This document shows, piece after piece, positions 31,588 through 41,572 of a DNA stretch of 64,000 nt. The stretch lies in IMG/VR virus record IMGVR_UViG_3300035682_000007, one strand, 5' to 3'. Source of the stretch: an uncultured virus (IMG/VR IMGVR_UViG_3300035682_000007) (lineage: Duplodnaviria > Heunggongvirae > Uroviricota > Caudoviricetes). How positions within the stretch are numbered: position 1 is the stretch's first letter; the number at the start of each line of letters is the position of its first letter. The notes beneath the pieces were generated by a model. That model ran no database searches, was not told where the DNA came from, and saw only the letters and a list, made by a program, of their open reading frames with translations. The translations under genes and the position numbers were made by a program.

Positions 31588-34500
31588 TTAATAATTATAT
31601 AATGTTCTAAATAATGATACCATCATGAAATCCAAATCACCACCTTCTATTGTTGTTGCTGATATTGTATTTGCAGTTAAACCATTTGTAAATGTTGTTG
31701 GACCTGTTACAGTACCTCCAGTAAATGTCTCACCACCACCAGTTGATGTGCTGAAGCCAGTTACACTAAATGTACCTCCTGTATTATTTGTAAATACTGC
31801 AGTTCCAGTAGAATAAGTTCCACCAGTAACTCTAATATCTAATGGTAAATTTAAATATGTTGTCGCACTAAATGTACTAGCACTTAGTCCATTTGTAAAC
31901 GTTGTTTGACCTGATACAGTACCTCCAGTAAATATTGAACTTGGTAAATTTAAATATGTTGTGGCTGATATTGTTGTTGCTGTTAAATTACCATTAATAA
32001 GTGTATTACCAGATACATGTAATGCTTCACTTGGATTAACTACATTAATACCAATTCTACCTGTTGTTTGTGCGGATATACTTGGAATACCTGTTGTTAT
32101 TTCATATGTATTTGCTCCAAATAACACACCACCTATATTGATTGAATTTGTTGTTAATGAAGGTAATGATATATTTGTACCGATAATAATATTATTTGAA
32201 CCAATACCCAAAGAATTACCAACATTATATCCAAATAAATTTGAATAAGATGCAGAATTAGCACCAAAACCAGCATTTCTACCAAAGAAATTTGAAGTAC
32301 TAGCATTTGTTGCTTGATAACCAGCCCCATTACCAATGAAATTTGAATAAGTAGCACCTGTTGCTTCATAACCAGCTAGAGAACCAAAGAAATTTGAACC
32401 AGTTGCATTTGTTGCTTGTCTACCAGCTTGATTACCTATAAAATTAGAGTTATTTGCACTTGTTGCTTGATAACCAGCAGCATTACCAAAGAAATTTGAA
32501 TAAGTTGCACTTGTTGCTTGATAACCAGCACTATTACCTAAAAAGTTTGAAGTATAAGCATTTGTTGCCAAATAACCAGCAAAATAACCTAAAAAGTTTG
32601 AATTATTTGCACCTGTTGCATTCAAACCAGCTTGATAACCCATAAAATTTGAACCACTAGCACCTGTTGCATTCAAACCAGCTTGAAAACCCATAAAATT
32701 TGAAGTACTAGCATTAGTTGCTGATTGACCAGCTTGCCAACCAAAGAAATTTGAACCACTAGCACCTGTTGCATTCAAACCAGCTTGAAAACCCATAAAA
32801 TTTGAATTATTTGCATTTGTTGCACCAAAACCAGCTTGTTGTCCAAAGAAATTTGAATAACTAGCATTTGTAGCACCTCTACCAGCAGAAAAACCTAAGA
32901 AATTTGAATAACTAGCAAGTGTTGCAACATAACCAGCTTCTCTACCAAAGAAATTTGAATATTGAGCATTTGTTGCTAGATAACCAGCCAATGACCCCAA
33001 GAAATTTGAATATTGTGCACTTGTTGCTTGATAACCAGCCAATGACCCCAAGAAATTTGAATATTGTGCACTTGTTGCTTGATAACCAGCGTTATAACCA
33101 AAGAAATTTGAACCGCTGGCATTTGTCGAATTTTGACCTGCATAAGGACCAATAAAGTTTGAATTCTGAGCATTTGTTGCTCCTTTACCAGTCCAATAAC
33201 CAAAGAAATTTGAATCATTTGCGTTGGTTGCACCAGAACCAGCATCTGTTCCAAATATTATATTATTATTTTTAAATCTTTTAATATTAAAATAATCAAC
33301 ATATGTAGTATTATCACTTGTTCCAGTTATATTATTACCCAATACAATTGAATTACCACCACTAACAAGGCTATTGGAACCAAATACAAATGCTGGTGTT
33401 GCAAATATAGTAGGTAAAGCATAAAATGAACTACCACTAATTGTTATATATGAAGTTAATGGTATATTAGTATCAACAATATATGTATCAAGACCATCAT
33501 TATATATATCTGTTAAAGTATAATAATATAATGTATAGGTATTCCCAACCCCATCATCAATGACGAATAAGCTTTCACTACCATATGGTCCATAAAAATA
33601 ATTATACCATTCAGAATATACATCAACACCAGCAAATACAACAGCATAGCTTCCATAATATGGGTCTGATGATGTCATAGTTATACCAGATACAACTGTT
33701 TTCTGTGTTTTAACTGGTAATATTTCAAAACCATCGGCCATTGAATTAATACCTAAAGCAATGCTATATTGTGAATTAGCAGAATTCCCACTACCACCAG
33801 CTAATGCACCTTTACCCCCAGCCAATGAATTACTATTACTTTGAACAACAGAATTTAATCCAGTTCCACCAGACCAATACTCATTACCAATACTAAACCC
33901 AGTAACACTAAATGTACCACCTGTATTATTTATAAATACTGTTGTTCCAGAACTATATGTACCACCAGTGACTCTAATATCAGTTGGTAAACCTAAATAT
34001 GTTGTTGCACTAAATGTGTTTGCACTTAGTCCATTTGTAAATATTGTAGAACCAGTTACAGTACCACCAGTGAAAGTAGTTCCATTACCAGTCGATGTAC
34101 TAAATCCTGTTACACTAAATGTACCACCTGTATTGTTGGTAAATACTGCTGTTCCAGTAGAATAAGTTCCACCAGTAACTCTAATGTCAGTTGGTAAATT
34201 TAAATATGTTGTTGCAGATACTGTTGTTGCTGTAATACCATTACTATTACCTATAAATCCATTTGTTTGTAATGTTGTACCAGATATATAACCATCAGCT
34301 CTAATAAAACTAGTTGCATTAGCAGCAGCATTAACACCTTCTAATAATCTTGTTACATTATCAGCATTTCCAGTACCATTTTGAATACTTAAACCATCTA
34401 ACACTGCATTTATAACTATTTCTGGGTTAGTTGAATTATCATATGCTTGTTGAAGAGTTGTTGTTGATAAACCACCTGTTCCACCAAAACTTTCACCAAA

Positions 34501-37500
34501 TTTTGAAACTAATGTAAATTTAGCATAATTAGTGTTGGTTAAGGGTTGACCATCAGCTACAATATCATTTCTAACAGAAATAACACCAATAAGTATACCA
34601 GTAGACTCTGCGTTAGGGTAAGGTATAAATGACTCTGACTGTATAGCAGCAATAGCAGCAGCTAAATTTGCATATCTAGTTTGACCATACAAGACATTTA
34701 TAACACCAGTAGGGTACAAATAAATTCTTTGATTAGTCGCATCATCACTATTAGCAGCACCTACACTAGTAATCACACCACCAACATCATATTTTGTTGG
34801 GTCAATAACGGTTACACTTGAAGAAGTCCCACCAGTTCGTGTTCTATAAAAAAATGACGCTGGTACTTTTGCTGAAATATTAACATCATTAGGACTTAAT
34901 TGGTTGTTATGCCAGTTAATACCATTACCCCAAAGAATACCAGCTGAAGTATTAAAACTTAAATTAGCCCCATTTGGTGAAGGTATAATCCCTTGATTTA
35001 TAAGCTTTATAGGTGACCATAAATCACGTAAAGATGACATTGGTGATACATCATAATCAGCTGTATTATTTATGTTTAATATACTTACCCTATTTGGGTG
35101 ATTAACTTTACCCAAAAATATGTTTTCTCTCCTTTGTTGTGGTGTTGGAAATGTTACTTGTTGTGTAATAGTTGTAGCACTATTAATTAAAATATATGTA
35201 GAATCCGCTGAAGCAATATTAGTAACTGGGATGTTTGTACCACCAGTATAATTAACACTTTGAACATCTGGAGTTAAAGCATATGTATATGTGTTTTTAA
35301 CTAACCAACCTTTCAACGGTGCAACATTAAAAGTTGTTGTTGATGCTGTTGTCATTCCAGTAAACTCAAACAAACCAGTTGATATTGTATTACCTTCCAA
35401 TACATTTCTTTCTAAATCTGTTAATGATAATCTTGTGTTTTCATTATTTATATCAAGAAATAATTTACCAGTGGTTACACCAGTCTGAACTACATAACCA
35501 ATTTGATTTGTTCTTGCTGTTAAAGGAAAACTAAAATATTTTGTAGCATCTGCTAATTCACCAGGTGTTGTATCAGATGCATAAACCAAAGAACCAACTG
35601 ACATTCCAGTTAATGTAATATTACTAATAATACCATTTATTATTGCAATACCTTCACTACCATTAGGGATAAATTCAGAAGATATTCCAATAACATTATT
35701 ACCATCTTGTCTATTTAAAGCTAATGTTACTGCTGGTAAACCACTATAAGCTGTTAATAATTCTAAAGCTTTTCCTCTTTGAATATCTATACCAGAATTG
35801 TTATATACTCTTAAGTAATTTTGTTGACCTAAATTTACGGTAACACCTTGATTTAACGATGTATTATATGATAATGCTTTTTCTGTATTATCAAAATAAA
35901 TTGTACCTGGCACCGTAGATGCACTAGTTGTCCCAGTATTAAATATCATATAATCAACTCTATTTATACTAGTTGCACTAAATGTATTTGCTGTTAATCC
36001 ATTTGTAAATAAAGTAGAACCTATTACTGTTCCTCCAGTAAATGGTGTTGTTAATCCAGTTACACTAAAAGTACCACCAGTATTATTACTAAATATTGCT
36101 GTTCCAGCAGAATAAGTACCACCAGTAACCCTAATATCTAATGGTAAATTATAATACGTTGTTGCGGATATTGTATTAGTTGTTAAACCATTAGTAAATA
36201 TAGTTGCACCACTAACAGTACCACCAGTAAATGTAGTGGCAAACCCACTAACACTATATGCTACACCATTACTTTTGGTAAAAGTTGCTGTTCCATTACT
36301 AACAGTACCTCCAGTAGTATAAGTATCAGTCATACCACTAGTAAATCCAGTTACGTTAAACGTACCTCCACTATTATTGGTAAATGTAACTACTCCCGTA
36401 TTAATGTTATATGTTCCACCAGTAACAACCATATCACTAGAAAGAATCGCTAAATTACTTGTAATAGTAACACCATCATTTCTAGTTAAAGTTAAATCAT
36501 AAGTTGAAGTATTAAAACTACTTCCTGTAACTTTAACATCTAATGGTAAATTATAATATGTTGTCGCTGATATTGTATTTGCTGTTAAATTACCACCAAC
36601 AAGTGTATTACCATTTACATGCAATGCCTCCAATGGATTAACCACGTTTATACCAATTTTACCACCTGTTTGTGCTACAATGCTTGGATTCCCTGTTATA
36701 TCTGAATAAGTTCCAGTACCAAATAAAACACCACCTAAGTTAATTGAATCTATTGTTCCAGCGGATAACGATATATTTGTACCTATTATTATATTGTTTG
36801 GACCTAAGCTACCTAAAACACCACCATTACCAGCATTATACCCTAAAAAGTTTGAATAACTTGCATCTGTTGCTTGATAACCAGCATATTGACCTATAAA
36901 ATTTGAATGACCTGCATTAATTGCAAACCCACCAGCCAATTGACCCATGAAATTTGAAAAATCAGCATTATCAGCATTAGCACCAGCTTCATTACCTATA
37001 AAGTTTGATTGATGTGCATTTATTGCTTCATGACCAGCACTTTTTCCAATGAAATTTGAATTATAAGCGTTGGTTGCACCATAACCAGCAAAATGACCCA
37101 TAAAATTTGAATCAGATGCACTTATTGCATTATTACCAGCTTCATTACCTATAAAATTAGAATTATGTGCGTTTGTAGCACCATAACCAGCATGAGTACC
37201 TATAAAGTTTGAGTCATTAGCGTTTGTTGCTTCATAACCAGCTTGATGACCAATAAAATTTGAGTCATTAGCGTTTGTTGCTTCATAACCAGCTTGATAA
37301 CCAAAGAAATTGGAATCAGAAGCGTATAATGCACTAGAACCAGCACCTTCACCAAAAAAATTAGAATATGTTATAGAATCAACATTTGTTCCAGTATCAA
37401 TTAAACCAGTTGAAAATAAATTACTAATATTAACAATACTTATTGGTAAATTTAAATATGTTGTTGCAGAAATACTAGGAGCATATAATGTTCCACTCAT

Positions 37501-37689
37501 TGTATCACCAGTTCTAGAAATTCTATCCCAACCTATTGGTAATATTGAATTAGCTGTTGTACCTGACGTATATAACATAGCGTCAGCACTATTTAACGCA
37601 ATTTCACCTAATAATAATTGTCCAGGTGATGGAATTTTACCTGGTATATTTGAACGTTTTAATAAAAACGTATTAATCCTGTTGGCCAT
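31588..37689 (-). CDS. Long tail fibre (2033 aa)
   Basis: N-terminal LKRS..PGKIP...L.LGEIALN..D..LY attachment motif, two 17-aa repeat arrays (about 11 and 20 units), many TGGT shaft modules. Confidence 0.8.
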   Translation of the reverse strand: MANRINTFLLKRSNIPGKIPSPGQLLLGEIALNSADAMLYTSGTTANSILPIGWDRISRTGDTMSGTLYAPSISATTYLNLPISIVNISNLFSTGLIDTGTNVDSITYSNFFGEGAGSSALYASDSNFFGYQAGYEATNANDSNFIGHQAGYEATNANDSNFIGTHAGYGATNAHNSNFIGNEAGNNAISASDSNFMGHFAGYGATNAYNSNFIGKSAGHEAINAHQSNFIGNEAGANADNADFSNFMGQLAGGFAINAGHSNFIGQYAGYQATDASYSNFLGYNAGNGGVLGSLGPNNIIIGTNISLSAGTIDSINLGGVLFGTGTYSDITGNPSIVAQTGGKIGINVVNPLEALHVNGNTLVGGNLTANTISATTYYNLPLDVKVTGSSFNTSTYDLTLTRNDGVTITSNLAILSSDMVVTGGTYNINTGVVTFTNNSGGTFNVTGFTSGMTDTYTTGGTVSNGTATFTKSNGVAYSVSGFATTFTGGTVSGATIFTNGLTTNTISATTYYNLPLDIRVTGGTYSAGTAIFSNNTGGTFSVTGLTTPFTGGTVIGSTLFTNGLTANTFSATSINRVDYMIFNTGTTSASTVPGTIYFDNTEKALSYNTSLNQGVTVNLGQQNYLRVYNNSGIDIQRGKALELLTAYSGLPAVTLALNRQDGNNVIGISSEFIPNGSEGIAIINGIISNITLTGMSVGSLVYASDTTPGELADATKYFSFPLTARTNQIGYVVQTGVTTGKLFLDINNENTRLSLTDLERNVLEGNTISTGLFEFTGMTTASTTTFNVAPLKGWLVKNTYTYALTPDVQSVNYTGGTNIPVTNIASADSTYILINSATTITQQVTFPTPQQRRENIFLGKVNHPNRVSILNINNTADYDVSPMSSLRDLWSPIKLINQGIIPSPNGANLSFNTSAGILWGNGINWHNNQLSPNDVNISAKVPASFFYRTRTGGTSSSVTVIDPTKYDVGGVITSVGAANSDDATNQRIYLYPTGVINVLYGQTRYANLAAAIAAIQSESFIPYPNAESTGILIGVISVRNDIVADGQPLTNTNYAKFTLVSKFGESFGGTGGLSTTTLQQAYDNSTNPEIVINAVLDGLSIQNGTGNADNVTRLLEGVNAAANATSFIRADGYISGTTLQTNGFIGNSNGITATTVSATTYLNLPTDIRVTGGTYSTGTAVFTNNTGGTFSVTGFSTSTGNGTTFTGGTVTGSTIFTNGLSANTFSATTYLGLPTDIRVTGGTYSSGTTVFINNTGGTFSVTGFSIGNEYWSGGTGLNSVVQSNSNSLAGGKGALAGGSGNSANSQYSIALGINSMADGFEILPVKTQKTVVSGITMTSSDPYYGSYAVVFAGVDVYSEWYNYFYGPYGSESLFVIDDGVGNTYTLYYYTLTDIYNDGLDTYIVDTNIPLTSYITISGSSFYALPTIFATPAFVFGSNSLVSGGNSIVLGNNITGTSDNTTYVDYFNIKRFKNNNIIFGTDAGSGATNANDSNFFGYWTGKGATNAQNSNFIGPYAGQNSTNASGSNFFGYNAGYQATSAQYSNFLGSLAGYQATSAQYSNFLGSLAGYLATNAQYSNFFGREAGYVATLASYSNFLGFSAGRGATNASYSNFFGQQAGFGATNANNSNFMGFQAGLNATGASGSNFFGWQAGQSATNASTSNFMGFQAGLNATGASGSNFMGYQAGLNATGANNSNFLGYFAGYLATNAYTSNFLGNSAGYQATSATYSNFFGNAAGYQATSANNSNFIGNQAGRQATNATGSNFFGSLAGYEATGATYSNFIGNGAGYQATNASTSNFFGRNAGFGANSASYSNLFGYNVGNSLGIGSNNIIIGTNISLPSLTTNSINIGGVLFGANTYEITTGIPSISAQTTGRIGINVVNPSEALHVSGNTLINGNLTATTISATTYLNLPSSIFTGGTVSGQTTFTNGLSASTFSATTYLNLPLDIRVTGGTYSTGTAVFTNNTGGTFSVTGFSTSTGGGETFTGGTVTGPTTFTNGLTANTISATTIEGGDLDFMMVSLFRTLYNY

Positions 37690-37690
37690 A

Positions 37691-38074
37691 TTAAATTTCG
37701 TATTTATTTAAATAATCAATAGCTTTAGCTAGAATACTTTTATTTTCAAATGAATTACCTATAATCAGATTACAATTTACACATAATAACCCTCTAACTT
37801 GTTTAGTTGTGTGGTTATGGTCAACATGTAAATTTCGTTTAAAATTAGACATGTGTTTATTACAAATTTGACAGGATTCTTCCTGTTCAATTAGCATAAT
37901 ATTATATTCTTCCATAGTAACACCATATCTAGATTTTAAATGATAATTCTTATTAAAATCTGGGGTTTCTAAAAGTTTTTGTTTATTCTTTTCTTTAATA
38001 TAATCTTTGTTTTCTTGAGCCCAAATTCTTTTAGAAGCTCTTAATTTTTCTAATTTTTCGTCTTTTTTTTCCAT
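37691..38074 (-). CDS. Endonuclease VII-family (HNH) free-standing endonuclease
   Basis: CQIC...LHVDHNH..KQVRGLLCVNCN. Confidence 0.85.
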   Translation of the reverse strand: MEKKDEKLEKLRASKRIWAQENKDYIKEKNKQKLLETPDFNKNYHLKSRYGVTMEEYNIMLIEQEESCQICNKHMSNFKRNLHVDHNHTTKQVRGLLCVNCNLIIGNSFENKSILAKAIDYLNKYEI

Positions 38075-38173
38075 ATTTATGGTTTATTTGTGTGGCTTCT
38101 ATATAGAAGATTATTATAATTTAGGTTATATAACCATTATAATATAAATATGTAGTAATTAAAGTTTATCCAT

Positions 38174-38199
38174 AAAAAAAAAGGACCGAAGCCCTTTTT
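38174..38199 (-). terminator. Intrinsic terminator with cUUCGg tetraloop
   Basis: Minus strand AAAAAGGGC-TTCG-GTCCTTTTTTTTT. Confidence 0.85.
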
Positions 38200-38201
38200 A
38201 T

Positions 38202-38357
38202 TTAATCTTTAAATTTCCAAACAAACCCACCAGCTGTTTTAGATTTTCCGTTACAAACGCTACCAACATTACCTATATGAAAACCATCATCCAACACTTG
38301 TGATAAAAATTCATATTCTTTAATAAAAATACCATCTTTAGTAAATACTTCGGTCAA
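38202..38357 (-). pseudogene. Stand-alone NUMOD1 (homing-endonuclease DNA-binding) relic
   Basis: LTEVFTKDGIFIKEYEFLSQVLDDGFHIGNVGSVCNGKSKTAGGFVWKFKD*; only a possible TTG start. Confidence 0.75.
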
Positions 38358-38385
38358 TAATAATTAAAACTAGTAGGTTCCACCG

Positions 38386-39858
38386 TCAATATTGTCCACC
38401 ATCTAGTATATCAAATTCTGCTAGAACCCTTACACCATTTGGCATTGTTGGGTTAGTACTTCTAATAACAATATCATTCAATTGTGTTACCCAAGCTCTG
38501 TTACTATAACCAGTAGAACCTACATATTCAGTTATTGTTGGTATTTCAGTTGATGTTAAACCAGTAAAGCCATCCATTGACCTAATATCCAAATTTACAT
38601 CACCACCATTTATTCCATTACCATCTTGTATTGTCCAACCAGCACCAATAGATGTTGCTATCGTATTACCAGTTGGATTATAATTAAGAGTTATGTTATT
38701 ATCTTCAACATATAAATTAGAAGTAAATGCTGAAACACTAGGACCAAATACAGTTAAACTACCATTAATAACTACATCACCAATTCCATTGCTACCAATA
38801 GTTAAACCACCAGTACCAACGTTTAATGAACCCGAATAAGGTAAATCCATATTAACACCATCAAAAAATGCTGAGGTATTAGTAACCAATTTACCATCAG
38901 TTGTTGTATAAACTAAATAATTTGGATTTAAATCAGAAACAGTTAATCCAGAAACAGTTGAAATTGTTAGTGTTTTATTTGGTTGGTTTTGGTTTTGGTT
39001 TAAACTAATTGTATTTGTTGTTGGTGAATAAGTAAATCCAGTAACATATGTATCTATACCTGTAATAGCTGAAATTGAGCTTAAAACAAATCCATTTGTT
39101 GTACCAGATAAAAATTTACCAGAAACATCAGATAAACCATCATAAGTAGCAAGATTACCTAAATTTAATGTTGTAGAACTTAAAGTAGTTATTGTTCCAC
39201 CAGTTGCATTAAGTGTATTTATATTAGCAGTTGTACTTCCTAAAGTAGTAATAGTTCCACCAGTAGCATTAATTGTATTAACGTTAGATGTAGTAGCATT
39301 TGAAGTAATTGCACTTAATATACCAGTAACAGTTAAACCTGTCATTGTATTTATCAATATTGATAAATTATCTTGATTTTGATTTCTTTTTATTGTTGCT
39401 ACGTTATTATTATATGTAAATCCAGTAACATATGTGTCTACACCTGTAATAGCTGAAATTGAGCTTAAAACAAATCCATTTGTTGTACCAGATAAAAATT
39501 TATTAGAAACATCAGATAAACCATTATAAGTGGCAATATTACCTAAATTTAAAGTTGTAGAACTTAATGTAATTATTGTACCACCTGTGGCGTTAATTGT
39601 GTTTAAGTTAGATATTACGCTATTTATTTCTCTAAATCTAAAAGTAGGTGTACCAGCATCAATTGTTGCATCTACTTCTGGTAAAAGTGATTTATTTATT
39701 ATTAATTCATCAGGTGTTAATGATATACTAGTATCACTATCACAACTAATTACTTCATTAGTATAAACACCAGTACATGCAGTTATAGTAGGAGTAAGCT
39801 CAGTTGACTCAATTATAAATGTTTCATTGATATTTGGTGGATTATTTAAATAACTCAT
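38386..39858 (-). CDS. Virion fibre/neck-appendage-like protein with internal duplication
   Basis: Thr-rich; two copies of NTxNATGGTIxTLSSTTLNLGN...FLSGTTNGFVLSSISAITGxDTYVTGFTY; ends LDGGQY. Confidence 0.6.
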   Translation of the reverse strand: MSYLNNPPNINETFIIESTELTPTITACTGVYTNEVISCDSDTSISLTPDELIINKSLLPEVDATIDAGTPTFRFREINSVISNLNTINATGGTIITLSSTTLNLGNIATYNGLSDVSNKFLSGTTNGFVLSSISAITGVDTYVTGFTYNNNVATIKRNQNQDNLSILINTMTGLTVTGILSAITSNATTSNVNTINATGGTITTLGSTTANINTLNATGGTITTLSSTTLNLGNLATYDGLSDVSGKFLSGTTNGFVLSSISAITGIDTYVTGFTYSPTTNTISLNQNQNQPNKTLTISTVSGLTVSDLNPNYLVYTTTDGKLVTNTSAFFDGVNMDLPYSGSLNVGTGGLTIGSNGIGDVVINGSLTVFGPSVSAFTSNLYVEDNNITLNYNPTGNTIATSIGAGWTIQDGNGINGGDVNLDIRSMDGFTGLTSTEIPTITEYVGSTGYSNRAWVTQLNDIVIRSTNPTMPNGVRVLAEFDILDGGQY

Positions 39859-40919
39859 TACTCTGTTGACCCTATTAATTTAAACATACCTGTTGCTAAG
39901 TAAGTTTTATATACTCTTATTGTTATAACATCATTTTCATTAATGACTATTGGTGATGCTAATATCAAACCATCAAATATACCAACACCATTAACTATTA
40001 TCACTATTCTAGATAAACCAGAAATTTCATTTAATTGAGAAAACGTAACATTATATTTAGCCACAAATGAAAATTCTGTTTTAGTTTTAGGTTTAAATAC
40101 AAAACTATAAACAGCCACATTACCTTTCCTATTTGTATCAAAAACAACATCAGGTGTTATTCTATTCTCATCAACTTCCATTGACAACATTGTTCTATTA
40201 ATAGTTGGTATTACTTCAAAATCTTCTTCATCTAAAAGATAACCCAATAATTTCATTTCAAACATTTGAACATAAAAACGTCTATTTTCAAAATCATCAA
40301 TATTACTTTCATCACCTATATTTTCTAAATGTAATGGCATTGGATGTCCGTTAACATTTATATAACATTGTCTAGATTGAAAAGCTCTTTGTATCTTATT
40401 ATTAAATCTATTTAAATCTTTCATCTTATTGGTAAACAATCTCACCTCATATGTTAAATCAACACTAGTTGGTTGTGGTACTTTATATAAATCCATACCA
40501 TGTCTTACCCCATCAAATGTTGGAACTTTCATATACGTATAAGTTCTATCACCTGGAATATTCCAACGACCAGCTTGATTTTGACCTTGCTGGATATCTG
40601 GTTGTCTAATAATTGTAATAAATGGTAATTGAATATCTTTATATTTATCAGAAAATTGCCATGTTTTTGTAAATTCTATCCATCTTTGAATAGTTAGAAA
40701 AATAACAGGAACCTTAACACCATCAATACTTAAAGATAAACGTTTATCAGATGTAACAAAATCGATAACTGTTTCATCCATATCTTCTTCCATTACACCT
40801 TTAGGTAAATAAGTACCTTTGTCGGCAATACCATCAAGGATTTCTTGTCGTCTTTCGGGACCAATTTTTTGGTTTTTAATATTAATGTTGGTTAAATAAC
40901 CTTTAGGCATTGCACACAT
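39858..40919 (-). CDS. Tail terminator/sheath stabiliser (T4 gp15-like)
   Basis: KVPVIF...RW...LPFITIIR...PTSVDLTYEVRLFT; follows the gp14-like gene. Confidence 0.65.
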   Translation of the reverse strand: MCAMPKGYLTNINIKNQKIGPERRQEILDGIADKGTYLPKGVMEEDMDETVIDFVTSDKRLSLSIDGVKVPVIFLTIQRWIEFTKTWQFSDKYKDIQLPFITIIRQPDIQQGQNQAGRWNIPGDRTYTYMKVPTFDGVRHGMDLYKVPQPTSVDLTYEVRLFTNKMKDLNRFNNKIQRAFQSRQCYINVNGHPMPLHLENIGDESNIDDFENRRFYVQMFEMKLLGYLLDEEDFEVIPTINRTMLSMEVDENRITPDVVFDTNRKGNVAVYSFVFKPKTKTEFSFVAKYNVTFSQLNEISGLSRIVIIVNGVGIFDGLILASPIVINENDVITIRVYKTYLATGMFKLIGSTE

Positions 40920-40937
40920 ATCTTTTATCTTTTATTT

Positions 40938-41459
40938 TTATACCGCTCTAAACTCATTAGCGTCTATACTAGCACAAATAACTGTTCTAAATGCACCCTT
41001 GTAGCCCATAATTGTATGTTTATTATCATAATTTTTAACGCCATCATTAATAACACTAAAATATCTAATTTCTGTTTCTGTAACTGGGTAACCAATATAG
41101 TCACCGTAGCTAATTTCTGTTTTTAATTCATTTAATTGAGCATCATAAATTCCAAAGGTTAATTGGCCATCTTGAAGATATCTCAAAGTACCATTTGGAT
41201 TATATGATTTATTTTCAGGTTCTGCCATAATTGGAATAACCTTTAATTCAACAGGTGGTAAATATCTAATACCATCTTTTGATGCTTCACCATAAACACC
41301 ATCATATTCGGTTAATTGTCTATCAATTCGATATAATATTAATGTAAAATTTCCATCACCTTCAATAGCCTCACGACCCATTTCAATTTCCAAGTTAAAA
41401 TCTTCTTCTGAGAAGAATTTATTTATTCTAGTTATTGGTGTAATTCTCTTATTATCCAT
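40938..41459 (-). CDS. Neck/head-closure protein (T4 gp14-like)
   Basis: LYRID......GVYGE...IRYLPPVEL...GDYI; position before the gp15-like gene. Confidence 0.6.
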   Translation of the reverse strand: MDNKRITPITRINKFFSEEDFNLEIEMGREAIEGDGNFTLILYRIDRQLTEYDGVYGEASKDGIRYLPPVELKVIPIMAEPENKSYNPNGTLRYLQDGQLTFGIYDAQLNELKTEISYGDYIGYPVTETEIRYFSVINDGVKNYDNKHTIMGYKGAFRTVICASIDANEFRAV

Positions 41460-41572
41460 AGCTTTTATTAATAAATATTTATCTTTTTAATAATAACTAT
41501 AATACACTTGATTTTTATTTTTATTTTGCTTATATTTAATTATTATAACCAGGTAAAAATACATATATTAAC

